A stretch of DNA of 51,315 nt, taken from NCBI GenBank assembly GCA_016235455.1, contig JACRKZ010000105.1:1-51315 (forward strand), in the 5' to 3' direction. Shown here one piece after another: positions 8,136 to 17,238 of the stretch. How positions within the stretch are numbered: the first letter of the stretch is position 1; every line of letters begins with the position of its first letter. A program made the translations under genes and the position numbers. The notes under the pieces were generated by a model that did not search any database, was not told the DNA's origin, and worked only from the letters and a program-made list of their open reading frames with translations. The stretch comes from Armatimonadota bacterium. Lineage in GTDB: Bacteria > Armatimonadota > UBA10988.

Positions 8136-9204
8136 CGGCGAGCACGTCGAAGAGGCCGTCGAAAGCAGTAAGATCCACCTGGTCCGGGGCGAGTTCGGCT
8201 ACGAGATGGCCGGCCGCACCAAGGCCGCCGTGGTCCTGCTGTCGCTGCCCGAAGAGAAGGCCATCGAGGTGCTGCAGCGGCTGGGTTCGGCTGAGGTCGA
8301 AGCCCTGGCCCGCGAGGCGGCCAACCTGGACGTCATCCCCGGCGACGCGCTCCGGCAGGTGGTCGCCGAGTTCGCCGAGAAGACCGAGCGCTTCCGATTC
8401 GTGCAGGGCGGCGGCGCCAAGCGCATTCAGGAACTCGTGCAGCGCGCCCTGCCCGCCGCCGAGGCCGAGAAGATCAACAACCGCGTGCAGAACGACCACA
8501 AGCCGCCGCCCTTCACGTCGCTGGCCTCGGCGCCGGTGACCCAAGCGGTGGAGTTCCTGCGCTCGGAGCATCCGCAGACCGTGGCGCTCGTGTTGGCCCA
8601 TACCGACCGCGACACGGCGGCGCACATCCTGGCCAACCTCGACGAGGAGGCCCAGGCCGACATCGCGCTGCGCCTGCTGCGCATTGCTCCGGCGCCGCCC
8701 GACGTACTCACCGCGCTCGACGAGCAGCTGCGCCTGCGCATGGCGCCGAGCGAAGAGGGCCCGACCCAGGAGGCGGCCGTCGACGGACTCAAACGGCTGG
8801 TGGACATCCTGGGCATGTCGCCGCGCAACGTCGAGCAGAAGGTGCTCGAGTACCTGATGGAAGCCGACGAGGAGATGTACAACGAGGTCCGCAAGGCCAT
8901 GTTCATGTTCGAGGACCTGGTCACCCTGGACGGTCGGTCGGTGCAGCGGCTGCTGCGCGACATCGACTCCAGCGACCTCACCCTGGCTCTCAAGGCGGCC
9001 AGCGAGGACCTGCAGGCCCTGTTCTTCGGCAATATGTCCGAGCGCGCCGCGCTCATTCTCAAGGAGGACATGCAGTTCATGGGCGCCATCCGGGTGCGCG
9101 ATGCTCAGGAGGCGCAGCAGCGCATCCTCAACGCCGCGCGCAACCTGGAGGCGGCGGGCGAACTGGTCATCCCACGTGGCGGCGCCGACGCGCTGATCGA
9201 ATAG
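8128..9204 (+). CDS. fliG: Flagellar motor switch protein FliG
   Basis: KAAVVLLSL, EHPQTVALVL, MFMFEDL, LALALKAAS-like LTLALKAAS, NMSERAA, AQEAQQRI. Confidence 0.97.
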   Translation: MSNGEHVEEAVESSKIHLVRGEFGYEMAGRTKAAVVLLSLPEEKAIEVLQRLGSAEVEALAREAANLDVIPGDALRQVVAEFAEKTERFRFVQGGGAKRIQELVQRALPAAEAEKINNRVQNDHKPPPFTSLASAPVTQAVEFLRSEHPQTVALVLAHTDRDTAAHILANLDEEAQADIALRLLRIAPAPPDVLTALDEQLRLRMAPSEEGPTQEAAVDGLKRLVDILGMSPRNVEQKVLEYLMEADEEMYNEVRKAMFMFEDLVTLDGRSVQRLLRDIDSSDLTLALKAASEDLQALFFGNMSERAALILKEDMQFMGAIRVRDAQEAQQRILNAARNLEAAGELVIPRGGADALIE

Positions 9205-9226
9205 GCAGAGACTGGGAGAGCAAACC

Positions 9227-10096
9227 ATGGCATCGAGCGGTGGCGTGCGCGAACAACACGGTCGGAACCTGCTGCGAGGCGACAACGGAGACACGCAGGT
9301 GCGCGTCTGGTCGTGGGACTCGCTGGCCGGCGACTCGGCGACTGACGGGTTCGTGGCGGTGCTGCCGGGCCAGGTGATCATGCCGCGTGGCGCCGCGGCC
9401 GCTTCATCGGCCGCCGCGGCGGCGGCCGCGGCCGGCGCCGGGGCGATGGTGCCCAGTGGCCTGCAACTCGCGGCGCAGGGCGCGGGGTATGGCCTCCAGG
9501 AGATCATGGAGGAGGCCGAAGCGATCATCAAGGATGCCCAGGTCGAGGCCGAGCGCGTCCTGGCCGAGGCCATGGCCCAGGCCGAGGGCATGCGCGACCA
9601 GATGTTCCAGATGGCGCTCGAGGCGGCTCGCGCCGAGCTGGCCCAGCAAGCCGATCCCGAGGCGGCTCTGGCCACCGAGGACCTGCGCTCGGCGGCCCAG
9701 GCTCTGCAGACCACCGCCGAGGATCTGGCTCTGCAGCATCAGATGCATGCCGCGCGGCTCGAAGAGGCCATCCTGGATATCGCCTTCGAAGTGGCCGAGA
9801 AGGTGCTCGGCACGGAGGTGCAGGCGCGGCCCGAACTGGTCGTCGAATCAGTGCGGCAGGCGCTCGTGCGCATGTCGGACAACGACCTGACCATCCGCGT
9901 GCATCCCGACGACATGCCCATCGTCCAGGAGGCGATGTGGGAGCTACGTAACGAACGCAACACCGGGGATATGCTAAGCTTCCAGCAGGATGCCCGCGTC
10001 GACCGCGGCGGCTGCATCGTCGAAAGCGAGAATGGCTCGGTGGATGCGCGTTTGAGTACCAAGCTGGACCTGGCCCGATCCATGGCCGGGGACTGA
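9227..10096 (+). CDS. fliH: Flagellar assembly protein FliH
   Basis: C-terminal IAFEVAEKVL, IRVHPDD, DARVDRGGCIVESENGSVDARL; between fliG and fliI; GGGAGAG RBS. Confidence 0.92.
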   Translation: MASSGGVREQHGRNLLRGDNGDTQVRVWSWDSLAGDSATDGFVAVLPGQVIMPRGAAAASSAAAAAAAAGAGAMVPSGLQLAAQGAGYGLQEIMEEAEAIIKDAQVEAERVLAEAMAQAEGMRDQMFQMALEAARAELAQQADPEAALATEDLRSAAQALQTTAEDLALQHQMHAARLEEAILDIAFEVAEKVLGTEVQARPELVVESVRQALVRMSDNDLTIRVHPDDMPIVQEAMWELRNERNTGDMLSFQQDARVDRGGCIVESENGSVDARLSTKLDLARSMAGD

Positions 10097-10099
10097 TCC

Positions 10100-11401
10100 A
10101 TGTCGCAGTTGGATCGGTTCCGCAGCCGCCTGGGCGACAGCGACCTGATGGTGGCCGAAGGCGACGTGCAGAACTGGGACGGCCTGGTGGCCACGGCCTG
10201 CTGCCCGGCCATCGCTGTCGACAGCCTGGTCACCATCGAGGTCAATGGCCAACAGAAGCTGGCCGAAGTGGTCGGGTTCAACGGTCGCAACGCACAACTC
10301 ATGCCGCTGGAGAACATGACCGGGCTGACCCCCGGCGCTCGGGTGCGCAGCCTGGGCCGCAAGCTGTCCGCGCGGGTGGGTGAGTCGCTGCTCGGCCGTG
10401 TGCTCGACGGGCTGGGCAACCCCATCGACGATGGTGGCCCGGTGCGTGCCGAGACCGAGTACCCCATCTACACCGAGCCGCCCTCGGCCATGAAGCGCCC
10501 GCGCATCAGCACACCGCTGCCGCTGGGCGTGCGGGCCATCGACGGGCTGCTGACCGTGGGCAAGGGCCAGCGCATCGGCATCTTCGCCGGCTCGGGCGTC
10601 GGCAAGTCCACGGTGCTGGGCATGATCGCCCGCAACACCGCCGCCGACGTCAACGTCATCGCGCTCATCGGCGAGCGCGGCCGCGAGGTGCGCGAGTTCA
10701 TCGAACGCGACCTGGGCGAAGAGGGCCTGCGCCGCTCGGTGGTGGTGGTGGCCACGTCCGACACCTATGCTCTGCAGCGCGCCAAGGGCCCGTTGGTGGC
10801 CATGGCCATCGCCGAGTATTTCCGCGACCAGGGCCGCGATGTGCTGTTCATGATGGACAGCCTGACCCGCCTCTCCATGGCCCAACGCGAGATCGGCCTG
10901 GCCCGTGGCGAGCCGCCCAGCCAGAAGGGCTATCCGCCTTCGGTCTTCCAGCTCATGCCCATGTTCCTCGAACGCGCGGGCACCAGCGAGAAGGGCACCA
11001 TCACCGGGCTGATCACCGTGCTGGTGGAAGGCGACGAGATGAATGAGCCCATCGCCGACACCGCACGCAGCATCCTCGACGGCCACGTGGTCCTGTCGCG
11101 CGCGCTCGCGCATCGCAACCACTATCCGGCCATCGACGTCATGCAGAGCGTGAGCCGCGTCATGCCCGAGGTGACCAGTCGCGAGCACCGCCAGTGGGCA
11201 GGCTACCTGCGTGAGAACCTGGCCATCTACACCAAGAACGAGGACCTGATCAACATCGGCGCCTACCGCCAAGGCAGCAACGGCGAGATCGACAACGCCA
11301 TCTCGGCGCACTCGCGCATCGCCACGTTCCTGCGCCAGGGCATCAACGAGTCCGCCCCCTACGAGGAAACGCTCGAGCGCCTGCGCGATCTGACCCTCTG
11401 A
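10100..11401 (+). CDS. fliI: Flagellar export ATPase FliI
   Basis: Walker A GSGVGKS, IGERGREVREF, Walker B MMDSLTR, GEPP..KGYPPSVF, ILDGHVVLSR, YPAIDV. Confidence 0.97.
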   Translation: MSQLDRFRSRLGDSDLMVAEGDVQNWDGLVATACCPAIAVDSLVTIEVNGQQKLAEVVGFNGRNAQLMPLENMTGLTPGARVRSLGRKLSARVGESLLGRVLDGLGNPIDDGGPVRAETEYPIYTEPPSAMKRPRISTPLPLGVRAIDGLLTVGKGQRIGIFAGSGVGKSTVLGMIARNTAADVNVIALIGERGREVREFIERDLGEEGLRRSVVVVATSDTYALQRAKGPLVAMAIAEYFRDQGRDVLFMMDSLTRLSMAQREIGLARGEPPSQKGYPPSVFQLMPMFLERAGTSEKGTITGLITVLVEGDEMNEPIADTARSILDGHVVLSRALAHRNHYPAIDVMQSVSRVMPEVTSREHRQWAGYLRENLAIYTKNEDLINIGAYRQGSNGEIDNAISAHSRIATFLRQGINESAPYEETLERLRDLTL

Positions 11402-11425
11402 CCGCGGCGGCGCGGCCCAGGCCCG

Positions 11426-12358
11426 CTAGGTCAGCTTGGCCACCAGCGCGCGCATCGCGGCCAGGCCCTGCTTGGCGCGCCCCAGGGCCGTCTCGCCAGG
11501 CGCCGTGCCGGGGAACAACTCGATGGACAGCCAGCCCGTCCAGCCGCGGTCGCGCAGGCCGCCAAGGATCTGCTGCCACGGCGCAACACCTTCGCCGGGC
11601 AGGCGGCGGTCGCTGTCCTTGAGCTGCTCGCGCGCGGGCGTGTCGGGATAGTCGTTCATGTGCAGCAGCGGGAAGGCGCTGTTGGCCAGCAGCCCCAGCG
11701 CGGCGAAGCTGGAACCGCCGCGATAGAGATGGTAGACATCGGGCAGGATGGCCGCGCGCGGATGGCCGGCCTCGGCGGCGATAGCCAGAGCCTCGGGCAG
11801 GCTCTGCACGCTCCGCGCGAAGCCCCAGATCTCCAGCAGCGGCGTGACGCCGATGGGCTCCGCGGTGTCCAGCAGCGCCCGGTAGCGCGTGGCAGCCACA
11901 TGCGGGTCGATGGGCTGGTCGGTGTGGCCGACCGGCGGCGCCGCCAGGGCCGTGCCGCCGAGCGACTTCACCAGTTCCAGGTCGGCCTTGGCCTGTTCCA
12001 GACCCTTGGCGCGGGCGGCGTCGTCATCGGCCAGCCAGTTCGCGAACCCAATGGCGCCGGGCACGGCCAGGCCCTTGTCGGCGAGCAGCCGGCGCAACTC
12101 ATCGGCGGTGTGGCCGGCATCCAGGTAGCGGCGCACGTTGTCGATCCACGGCTCGATGGCCCCGTAGCCGGCCTCGGCGGCGACCGCGATTTCCTGGTCG
12201 AGGGGTAGGCGGAAGGCGCGCAGAAAGCCCATGTTGAGGCAGTAGCCGAACGACGGCGCCACCTTGGGCCGTGGCTGAGCGCTCAGCGCGCCCGCGGCGA
12301 GCAGGCCGCCGGCGGCCGTCAGGCAGTCGCGGCGGGAAACAGACGACGGAAGGGACAT
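11426..12358 (-). CDS. Tat-exported sugar phosphate isomerase/epimerase (AP-endonuclease-2/xylose-isomerase-like TIM barrel)
   Basis: SRRDCL twin-arginine signal; GYGAIEPW, LEIWG, PDVYH, HMNDYP, R.LPGEG, SIELF. Start may be 12361. Confidence 0.88.
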   Translation of the reverse strand: MSLPSSVSRRDCLTAAGGLLAAGALSAQPRPKVAPSFGYCLNMGFLRAFRLPLDQEIAVAAEAGYGAIEPWIDNVRRYLDAGHTADELRRLLADKGLAVPGAIGFANWLADDDAARAKGLEQAKADLELVKSLGGTALAAPPVGHTDQPIDPHVAATRYRALLDTAEPIGVTPLLEIWGFARSVQSLPEALAIAAEAGHPRAAILPDVYHLYRGGSSFAALGLLANSAFPLLHMNDYPDTPAREQLKDSDRRLPGEGVAPWQQILGGLRDRGWTGWLSIELFPGTAPGETALGRAKQGLAAMRALVAKLT

Positions 12359-12454
12359 CATCGGGCTCCGGCGGGAAGATACCATAGCTTTGGGCGACCG
12401 GAGTGAACGTCTCGGCCTGTCCGTTCGTATATGCTTGTAGGTTGAGGAGAGGGT

Positions 12455-13222
12455 ATGGTCCGCCGTTCCCTGGGTCTGCTGGTACTGTTGAGCACCGCCT
12501 GGTCGGCGCGCGCGCTGTCGCCCATGATGGCCTACGAGCCGCTGGCCGCCGACACCGCCAAGACGGGGGCGCGGCGCACCTATGAGTCGCGTTCGTCAGT
12601 GCTGCCCGAGCGCGTCGTGCAGTGGCAGTCACAGTTCTTCTCCAGCCTGGACCTGCCCGATGGCAGCCGGCAGGTGACGCTCAAGACCTCGGCCACCGGT
12701 TCGGTCGTCTGGCCGCCCGCGCGCAACGAGGTGTACGTGCTGGACCCGCGCGGCCTGTACACGCCCAGCAGTGCCACCGACCCGCCCGATCCTACCGAGT
12801 ATGGCCCGACCGCGCTGCTGGCGGCGCAGCCGGAGCTGCAGCGGCTCGACCATGTGTGGCGCTTCGAGGGCCGGCGCGTGGTGCCGTTCAGCTTCACCGT
12901 GCTGATGCTCACGGCGCGCAACATGGACCCCGTGGCCATGTCGGCTCGCTACCATGTCCTGTCCATCGGGCCGCTGGAGACGCCGACCGAGACGTTCCCG
13001 TCGGCGGTGCAGGTGGCCGGCGTGGAGCGCGTGGCGCTCAACCTGGGCGAGTTGCTCAACGACGATGTGCTGGTGCGCTGCCGGCGCTGGTACGTGCGTG
13101 GCATTGGCCTGGTGCAAGAGGCTCTGGAATTCCCTTCGTACCCCTCCTTGGGGCGACTGACAACGGTCCTGACCAGCCATCCGGGGCTCAGCCCCGAGCC
13201 GCTGGAAGTCAAGGCGAACTGA
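12455..13222 (+). CDS. Secreted hypothetical protein
   Basis: GAGGAG RBS, signal peptide, C-terminal 'RWYVRGIGLVQE' beta motif; first gene of a three-gene run. Confidence 0.7.
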   Translation: MVRRSLGLLVLLSTAWSARALSPMMAYEPLAADTAKTGARRTYESRSSVLPERVVQWQSQFFSSLDLPDGSRQVTLKTSATGSVVWPPARNEVYVLDPRGLYTPSSATDPPDPTEYGPTALLAAQPELQRLDHVWRFEGRRVVPFSFTVLMLTARNMDPVAMSARYHVLSIGPLETPTETFPSAVQVAGVERVALNLGELLNDDVLVRCRRWYVRGIGLVQEALEFPSYPSLGRLTTVLTSHPGLSPEPLEVKAN

Positions 13223-13225
13223 GTG

Positions 13226-14521
13226 ATGCGCAGAACACATGGGTTGTGGTGGTTGCTTGGCCTGGGTCTGCTGGCGCTGTCGCCGCTGCTGGCCGAGGAC
13301 TCGCCGCTGGCCGCCGCGCGCGCGGCCGTCAACGCCGGCCGGCTGGCTGACGGCGACCGGCTGGTCAGTCGCTGGCTGGAGACCAACCCCGACGATGCCG
13401 GCGCGCTCTACCTGCGCGCTCGCGGCCGAGCGCAGATGGGTCGTGAGGGCGAGGCCGCGGCCGACTACCGGCGGGTACTGGCCATCAAGCCCGACTCGTC
13501 TGTCAGCGCCAAGGAGCTGGCGCAGTTGCTCGAGCGACTCGGCCGCCGCGACGAGGCGGGCGATGTCTACCGCGCCTGGCTGCGGCGCGAGCCGGCCAAC
13601 GCCGAGGCCATGGCCGGCGCGGCACGCTGTCCGGCCACCGCGCCCGTGGCGCCGACCAAGCCTGCTGACGCCGCCGTGCCCGCGACCGTGGCCGAGCTGT
13701 CCGATCACGCGCTGGTCGGCGCACGCGTTGGTGTGTCGGCCGAAGGGCTCGACGAGTCGAGCCTGCAGATGCTGACCATGGGCGGCGCCGATGTCGCTTC
13801 ATCGCACCTGCTCGACTACACCTTTGGCTCGGCGCCCACCGATTGGCAGCCGGCCGGCGGGCGCTGGCAGGTGTTCAGCCGGTTCGCCTGCGACCCGACC
13901 TGGAGCTTCTTCGGCGGCTGGAGCACCGGGCTGACCTGCATCTGGAACAAGAAGCGTTTCGCCGGCGACCAGGTGGTGGAGGCTTATGTCTCGTTCAAGC
14001 ACGGCCTGCCCTTCAACAACGCCGAATGGTCCTACCGGCCGGCCGACCTGTGCCTGACCCTCTGCGGCGATGGCAAGAACCCCGACTCGGGTTACAGCTT
14101 CATCTACGCCGGCGACGAGGCCAGCCGCACCTTGATCCGGCGCGGCCAGAAGGTGCTCGGTTCGACCACCAACCCCGACTTCCTGACGCCCAGCTACTCC
14201 GATGTCAAACCAGACACGGATATCTTCCATCGGCGCTGGTGGCGCCTGGAAGCCCATGTGCGGGGCAACCGGCTGACCTTCTACATCGATGGTCAGAAGG
14301 CCGTCGAAGCCGTCGACCCGGCGCCGCTGACCGCCGGGCAGGTCGCCTTGTGGACAGTGCGGAACGGGATGATGGTGGCGCGCGTCAGAATCGCCTATGC
14401 GGGCGAGCAGCGATCGACGCGTCCGCCGGTGCGCATTGTTGCCGAGCCGCCCATCGTGGCGCCGGCGCGTGGTGTGGCCAGCGGGTCGGCGACGGCCGCG
14501 GCTGGCGAGGTAGGCGGATGA
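13226..14521 (+). CDS. Secreted TPR protein with C-terminal ConA/laminin-G (DUF1080-like) beta-sandwich
   Basis: Signal peptide, TPR helices (PDDAGALYLRA..YRRVLAIKPD), C-terminal W.RLE...GNRLTFYIDG...D..PL..GQVALW. Confidence 0.8.
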   Translation: MRRTHGLWWLLGLGLLALSPLLAEDSPLAAARAAVNAGRLADGDRLVSRWLETNPDDAGALYLRARGRAQMGREGEAAADYRRVLAIKPDSSVSAKELAQLLERLGRRDEAGDVYRAWLRREPANAEAMAGAARCPATAPVAPTKPADAAVPATVAELSDHALVGARVGVSAEGLDESSLQMLTMGGADVASSHLLDYTFGSAPTDWQPAGGRWQVFSRFACDPTWSFFGGWSTGLTCIWNKKRFAGDQVVEAYVSFKHGLPFNNAEWSYRPADLCLTLCGDGKNPDSGYSFIYAGDEASRTLIRRGQKVLGSTTNPDFLTPSYSDVKPDTDIFHRRWWRLEAHVRGNRLTFYIDGQKAVEAVDPAPLTAGQVALWTVRNGMMVARVRIAYAGEQRSTRPPVRIVAEPPIVAPARGVASGSATAAAGEVGG

Positions 14522-15789
14522 ACCGACGAGCGTTGTGGGGCATGTGGTTGCTGGCCGTCGTCTTGACGGCGCCGCTCTGCGCGGGTCCGGCCGATGATGC
14601 CCTCAGCGCGGGCATCAAGGAGCTGGCTGCCGGCCAGACCGACAACGCGCTGAAGCAGTTCAACCAGGCCATCGGGCTCGATCCGGCGCTGCTGGCCGCG
14701 CGCTTCTACCGCGCCAAGTGCCTCGCGCGCCAGGAGAAGTGGGCCGAGGCCGTGGTCGACCTCAACGCCGTGCTGGCCAAGAAGGCCGACTCCGCCGCCT
14801 CTTGGATCGAGTTGGCGCGCTACCAGATCGAGCTCGGTCAGGTGGGTGACGCCGGCACGTCGCTGGAGCGTGGCCTGGCCATCGAGCCCGCCAGCCCCGC
14901 CGGAGCCGAGGTCAAACGGCTGCTGGCCAGTCGCTCCGGCGCCCGCACTTCGCCTGATACACGGCTTGTCAGCGGCCCCCAGGGTGTCTATGCCAGTGCG
15001 CTGCCCATCGGCCCGCGCGTCGCGGTCAACACCGAGGGCGTGGCCATCGAGGAAACCGCCATCGGCGTGGATGGCCAGCGCGTACTGGACTACACCTTCG
15101 GCACCGCGCCCACCGATTGGGTGCCCGCCGGCGGCAAGTGGGAAGTCACCAACCGCTACGCCTGCGAGCCCGACTGGAACTTCTTTGGCGGCCAAAGCCG
15201 CGGCTTGTGTGCCATCTGGAACAAGCGCCGGCTGGACGGCGACGTACTGGTCGAAGCCTATGTGGCCTTCAAGCACGGGCTGCCCTGGGCCGATGGCGAG
15301 TGGTATTACGTGCCCTCCGACCTCAACATCAACCTGGCCAGCGACTTCAACAATCTGGACTCTGGCTACAGCTTCATCTACTCGGGCCGCAACGGCTCGA
15401 CAACGATGATCCGCCGGGGCGAGAAGGTGCTGGCGCAGACCCGCGACGTGGACAAGCTCCTGCCGCAGTTCACCGACGCCAACCCGCTCTTTGGCCAGGA
15501 CGACCAGGGCCGCGAGTTCGGCAAGTTCCACCGCCACTGGTGGCGGCTGGAGGCACGCCGTACCGGCGACAAGCTGCGCTTCAGTGTCGACGGCAAGTTG
15601 GTGCTGGAAGCGACCGACCCGAACCCGGCGCGCACCGGCCACGTGGCCCTGTGGACCGTGGGCTCGGGCATGGTCGTGGCGCGCATGCGCATCGCCTTCA
15701 ACCAGGAGCTGCGCCCGCTGGAGCCCAAGGTGGTGGTGCGCCAGGCGACGCCCATTGGCGAAGGCGCTACGCAGGTGGCGGCGCGCTAG
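14518..15789 (+). CDS. Secreted TPR protein with C-terminal ConA/laminin-G-like domain (paralog of upstream gene)
   Basis: True start MNRRALWG at an ATGA overlap; TPRs (FNQAIGLDP, ARFYRA); C-terminal domain clearly homologous to the preceding gene. Confidence 0.82.
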   Translation: MNRRALWGMWLLAVVLTAPLCAGPADDALSAGIKELAAGQTDNALKQFNQAIGLDPALLAARFYRAKCLARQEKWAEAVVDLNAVLAKKADSAASWIELARYQIELGQVGDAGTSLERGLAIEPASPAGAEVKRLLASRSGARTSPDTRLVSGPQGVYASALPIGPRVAVNTEGVAIEETAIGVDGQRVLDYTFGTAPTDWVPAGGKWEVTNRYACEPDWNFFGGQSRGLCAIWNKRRLDGDVLVEAYVAFKHGLPWADGEWYYVPSDLNINLASDFNNLDSGYSFIYSGRNGSTTMIRRGEKVLAQTRDVDKLLPQFTDANPLFGQDDQGREFGKFHRHWWRLEARRTGDKLRFSVDGKLVLEATDPNPARTGHVALWTVGSGMVVARMRIAFNQELRPLEPKVVVRQATPIGEGATQVAAR

Positions 15790-16330
15790 CCGACCGTTCC
15801 AGGGCGCGCGCCGCGCGCGCCACGGCGAGCACCTGCATGGCCGCGCCCAGCGCCAGCCCCGTGACTGCCGGCTGCAGCGACACGAGGGCCGCCGTGATCA
15901 GCAGGAACAGCGGCCCGGCCACCTGCCCGACCACCATGCGGCCGCGCACGCCCGGCGACAGCGCCTGCCAGCGCTCGAGGCCGTCGGGCTCGCTCATCAC
16001 CGCGGCCCAGGCCCAAGCCGACCGCGCGTGGTTGGCGAATTCGCCCGCCGAGTAGCCCCAGACCAGGCCGAGCGCCAGGCTCAGCAGCCAACGATCGGGC
16101 AGCACGCCGGCCAGCGCGCCGGACAGCAGACCTGGCAAGAGGCCCTGGAAGATCCACACCGAGGCTGGCGGCGGCGGAATGGCGCGCAGGCCCGCGGCGT
16201 GGGTGCGGCGGGCTACGGCGGCGCCCAGAGCGGTCGCCGACGTGCCCAACAAGGCGCCCAGACCCGCCGCCCAGACCGGCGAGGCACAAGCCAGGGCCAT
16301 CAGCCCCTCGGACTGGGCGGGCGTGGTCAT
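15767..16330 (-). CDS. Hypothetical membrane protein
   Basis: Several hydrophobic segments; ATG 4 nt downstream of the upstream gene's stop; overlaps the convergent gene by 23 nt. Confidence 0.6.
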   Translation of the reverse strand: MTTPAQSEGLMALACASPVWAAGLGALLGTSATALGAAVARRTHAAGLRAIPPPPASVWIFQGLLPGLLSGALAGVLPDRWLLSLALGLVWGYSAGEFANHARSAWAWAAVMSEPDGLERWQALSPGVRGRMVVGQVAGPLFLLITAALVSLQPAVTGLALGAAMQVLAVARAARALERSASAPPPA

Positions 16331-16334
16331 GGGA

Positions 16335-17195
16335 TCAGACGTCGCAGATCTGCGCGGCCTTGGCCAGCGCCTTGACCTTGTCGCCCCTGGCCATGAACTC
16401 ATGGCTCACGAAGCCGGTGTAGCCGGTGCCGACCAACGCCTTCATGATGGCCGGGTAATACAGCTCCTGGCTCTCGTCAATATCGTTGCGGCCCGGCACG
16501 CCCGCCGTGTGGACATGGCCAAAGTACTTCTTGGCGTACTGCCGGATCGTGTCGATGACGTCGCCTTCGTCGATCTGCATGTGGTAGATGTCGTACAGCA
16601 GTCGGAAGCGCTCCGAGCCCACGGCGTCAACCAGCCGGGCACCCCAGGCAGTGCGGTCGCACTGGTAGTCCTTGTGGTTGCGCTTGGAGTTGAGCAACTC
16701 CATGCACAGGGTGATCTTCTTCTCTTCCGCGTAGCCGACGATCTGCTTGAGCCCTTCGGCGCAGTTCTTCAGGCCGGTCTCGTCGTCCAGCCCGGCGCGG
16801 TTGCCCGAGAAGCAGATGACATTGGGGAAGCCCACCGCAGCGGCGTCGTCGATGCCGCCGCGCACGGCCTTGATGCACTCGGCATGGTTCTCGATGCGGT
16901 TGAACCCCTTGCCGATGCCGTGGCTGCTGACCATCGAGCAGACCAGCCCGTTGTCCCGCAGTTTCTGCCAATCGCCCTTGCCGACGAGATCGATGCCCTT
17001 GAGGCCGATCTGCTTGGCCACGGTGATGAGCTGGTCCAGGGGCATGCCGGCCGACCACTGGCACACGCCCTGGGTGACACGGCCGTTGGTGATCTTGTAC
17101 AGTTCCTCGGTCTGGCCCAGGCTGGCGGTGGCCGCGGCGGCCAGCACGGTGCCGCCCAGGAAGCCACGTCGAGTCATATCGCGTGCGTCGCTCAT
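16335..17195 (-). CDS. Tat-exported hydroxypyruvate-isomerase-family TIM barrel protein
   Basis: TRRGFLGG Tat motif; ICFSGNR, ELLNSK.NHKDYQCD, LLYDIYHMQIDEGD, HVHTAGVPGR, SHEF. Confidence 0.9.
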   Translation of the reverse strand: MSDARDMTRRGFLGGTVLAAAATASLGQTEELYKITNGRVTQGVCQWSAGMPLDQLITVAKQIGLKGIDLVGKGDWQKLRDNGLVCSMVSSHGIGKGFNRIENHAECIKAVRGGIDDAAAVGFPNVICFSGNRAGLDDETGLKNCAEGLKQIVGYAEEKKITLCMELLNSKRNHKDYQCDRTAWGARLVDAVGSERFRLLYDIYHMQIDEGDVIDTIRQYAKKYFGHVHTAGVPGRNDIDESQELYYPAIMKALVGTGYTGFVSHEFMARGDKVKALAKAAQICDV

Positions 17196-17238
17196 GGGGA
17201 TTCTCCGGGTGCATTGTACACGCGACCGGGGTCCTTCG

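Noticed and set aside
6435-11401. Possible non-flagellar type III injectisome
   Set aside because: flgB, flgC, fliE, fliG and fliM are flagellum-specific; no secretin or needle genes are present.
13843-14517. 648-aa ORF implying a long overlap or frameshift between the TPR paralogs
   Set aside because: The upstream part is an off-frame, Arg-rich read of the previous gene; the true start is the ATGA overlap at 14518 with a signal peptide.
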